In this document: positions 62,603-64,000 of the stretch, one piece after another
Layout of the letters: every line of letters begins with the position of its first letter
How positions within the stretch are numbered: position 1 is the stretch's first letter
Source of the DNA: an uncultured Chloroflexia bacterium
GTDB lineage: Bacteria > Chloroflexota > Limnocylindria > Limnocylindrales > CSP1-4
Length of the DNA stretch: 64,000 bases
Direction of reading: 5' to 3'
Assembly (NCBI GenBank): GCA_963712745.1
Contig: CAVQJC010000005.1
Location: 224,001 to 288,000 of the forward strand
Made by a program: the position numbers and the translations under genes
The notes under the pieces: generated by a model
What the model was told of the DNA's origin: nothing
Seen by the model: the letters and a program-made list of their open reading frames with translations, nothing else
Database searches by the model: none

Positions 62603-62830
62603 ATGAACGACACACCTCCCACGACCAAATCGCTGAACCTGCGCTCGTCCGAGTTGGACACCATGAGCGCGCTCGAGATCGTGGCTCTCATGAACGGCGA
62701 GGACGCGACCGTGCCGTCGGCCATCCGCCCGGCGTTGCCGGCCATCGCAGCTTCGGTCGACCTCATCGCCGAGCGGTTGGGCGGTGGCGGGCGACTCTTC
62801 TACGCCGGAGCCGGCGTCGTCGCGCGGTGA
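62603..62830 (+). pseudogene. murQ: Truncated N-acetylmuramic acid 6-phosphate etherase (N-terminal 75 aa only)
   Basis: LDTMS.LEIV.LMN.ED..V, GGRLFYAGAG, then a stop where GTSGR is expected. Confidence 0.8.
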
Positions 62831-64000
62831 GCGAGCAGCCGATCCGCACATCGGTCGACAAGCTTCGGGCCGATACGCGTACACGGATCGAAGGCCTCAT
62901 CGGCGCTGCGGTGCCATCGGTGGCACCGGCTCTCGCCATCAGCGTGTGGCAGGCGGGCGCGCCCTGGTACGAGGCCTACGCCGGCTGGGTCGACCCGGAT
63001 TCGCAGACGACGCCGGTCGGCTACCGGTCCCTCTTCGACCTTGCCTCGGTGAGCAAGCTGTTCACCGCTACAGCTGCCCTGCGCCTCGCCAACGATTCCA
63101 GGCTCGACCTGGACGAGCCCATCGCCAGGGTCATCCCCGAGTTTGGCGCGAGCGGACCTCGCGGCGTGGACGGCGGCCAGGACCCGCTCAGCTGGGAGAT
63201 GCTGCCGACTCCGATTCAGCGTCGTGACTGGAGCGTGGACCCCGCGAGCGTGACGATGCGGCAGTTGCTGACGCACACGAGTGGCCTGGCCCCATGGCGC
63301 AGCCTCTTCCGCGTGGTCGAGCCGGCCCCGCCCCCACCTGATGAACCAGATCCGACCAGCATCGAGGAGCGATGGTCGTCCGCCCTCTCGGCCATCGCCG
63401 GCTATCGGTTCGTGGCCAGGCCGGGCGAGGAGTTCCACTACAGCGACCTCGGCTTCACGCTCGTGGGCATGGCCGTGGCCCGTCGCTTCGGGCAACCCTT
63501 GTCGATGGCCATGCAAGCGCTCATCCGGGACCGCCTGGGCCTCGACTCGATGACCTACACGCCGCTGGCCGCCGGGCGCCCCAGGATGCGCATCGTGCCC
63601 ACCGAGATCGATGGCCGCTGGCGTGGTCGGCGATGCTGGGGCGAGGTCCACGACGAGAACGCGGCCGGGATGGGTGGCGTGGCCGGTCACGCCGGCCTGT
63701 TCGCCACGGTGCACGATGTGGCCCGCTTCGGCGTGGCCTGGCTGCGGCAGGACCCGCGCCTGCGACTGGAGAGGTTCAGACGCACGGCGGTCAGTGACCA
63801 GACGCCTGGCATGGGTGTGGCCAGGGGCTTCGGCTGGCAGGTCCAGCCGACCGACCACATGGCCCCCTTGAGCGACGCGGCCTACGGGCACACGGGCTTC
63901 ACCGGCACCTCGCTGGTGGTGGACCCCGGCCGCGACCTGGTCATCGCCCTGCTCACCAACCGTGTCTACTGGGGCCGCGATCCAATGGCCATCGACCGCC
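62827..64000 (+). CDS. Serine hydrolase, beta-lactamase family (runs off window end)
   Basis: Hand translation from GTG at 62827: FDLASVSK (SxxK), LLTHTSG, YSDLG, VHDENA, GHAGLF, GHTGFTG. Confidence 0.9.
   Translation, partial: MSEQPIRTSVDKLRADTRTRIEGLIGAAVPSVAPALAISVWQAGAPWYEAYAGWVDPDSQTTPVGYRSLFDLASVSKLFTATAALRLANDSRLDLDEPIARVIPEFGASGPRGVDGGQDPLSWEMLPTPIQRRDWSVDPASVTMRQLLTHTSGLAPWRSLFRVVEPAPPPPDEPDPTSIEERWSSALSAIAGYRFVARPGEEFHYSDLGFTLVGMAVARRFGQPLSMAMQALIRDRLGLDSMTYTPLAAGRPRMRIVPTEIDGRWRGRRCWGEVHDENAAGMGGVAGHAGLFATVHDVARFGVAWLRQDPRLRLERFRRTAVSDQTPGMGVARGFGWQVQPTDHMAPLSDAAYGHTGFTGTSLVVDPGRDLVIALLTNRVYWGRDPMAIDR

Overview
This is a high-GC, gene-dense bacterial chromosomal segment. Gene content (USP-USP-GpgS fusion, GuaB3, ycf45-like AAA-R3H, F420-dependent nitroreductase, radC-mreB-mreC) suggests Chloroflexota, possibly Limnocylindria-like; this is an inference. 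In order, it carries a surface-polysaccharide cluster (three sulfotransferases, Wzm/Wzt, GT61, GT4s, WecB, sugar dehydrogenase), radC-mreBC, guaA, a ynb-like lipid operon, guaB3, pdxS-pdxT...tmk, cca-TPR-galE, a glucosylglycerate cluster, nth, aspC, and a truncated murQ next to a serine hydrolase. No rRNA, tRNA, CRISPR array or classical IS was seen. The most striking unexplained structure is an XRE-HTH/PD-(D/E)XK-like gene (26084-26920) bracketed by two related ~180-bp modules with inverted-repeat ends; the outer ends of these modules have been tandemly re-duplicated. A second family of ~185-bp inverted-repeat-bounded modules occurs at 11704-11888 and 35224-35406 with the same end-duplication behaviour. 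Together these resemble a REPIN-like repeat/nuclease system. Several single-base frameshifts in otherwise intact genes probably reflect sequencing error.
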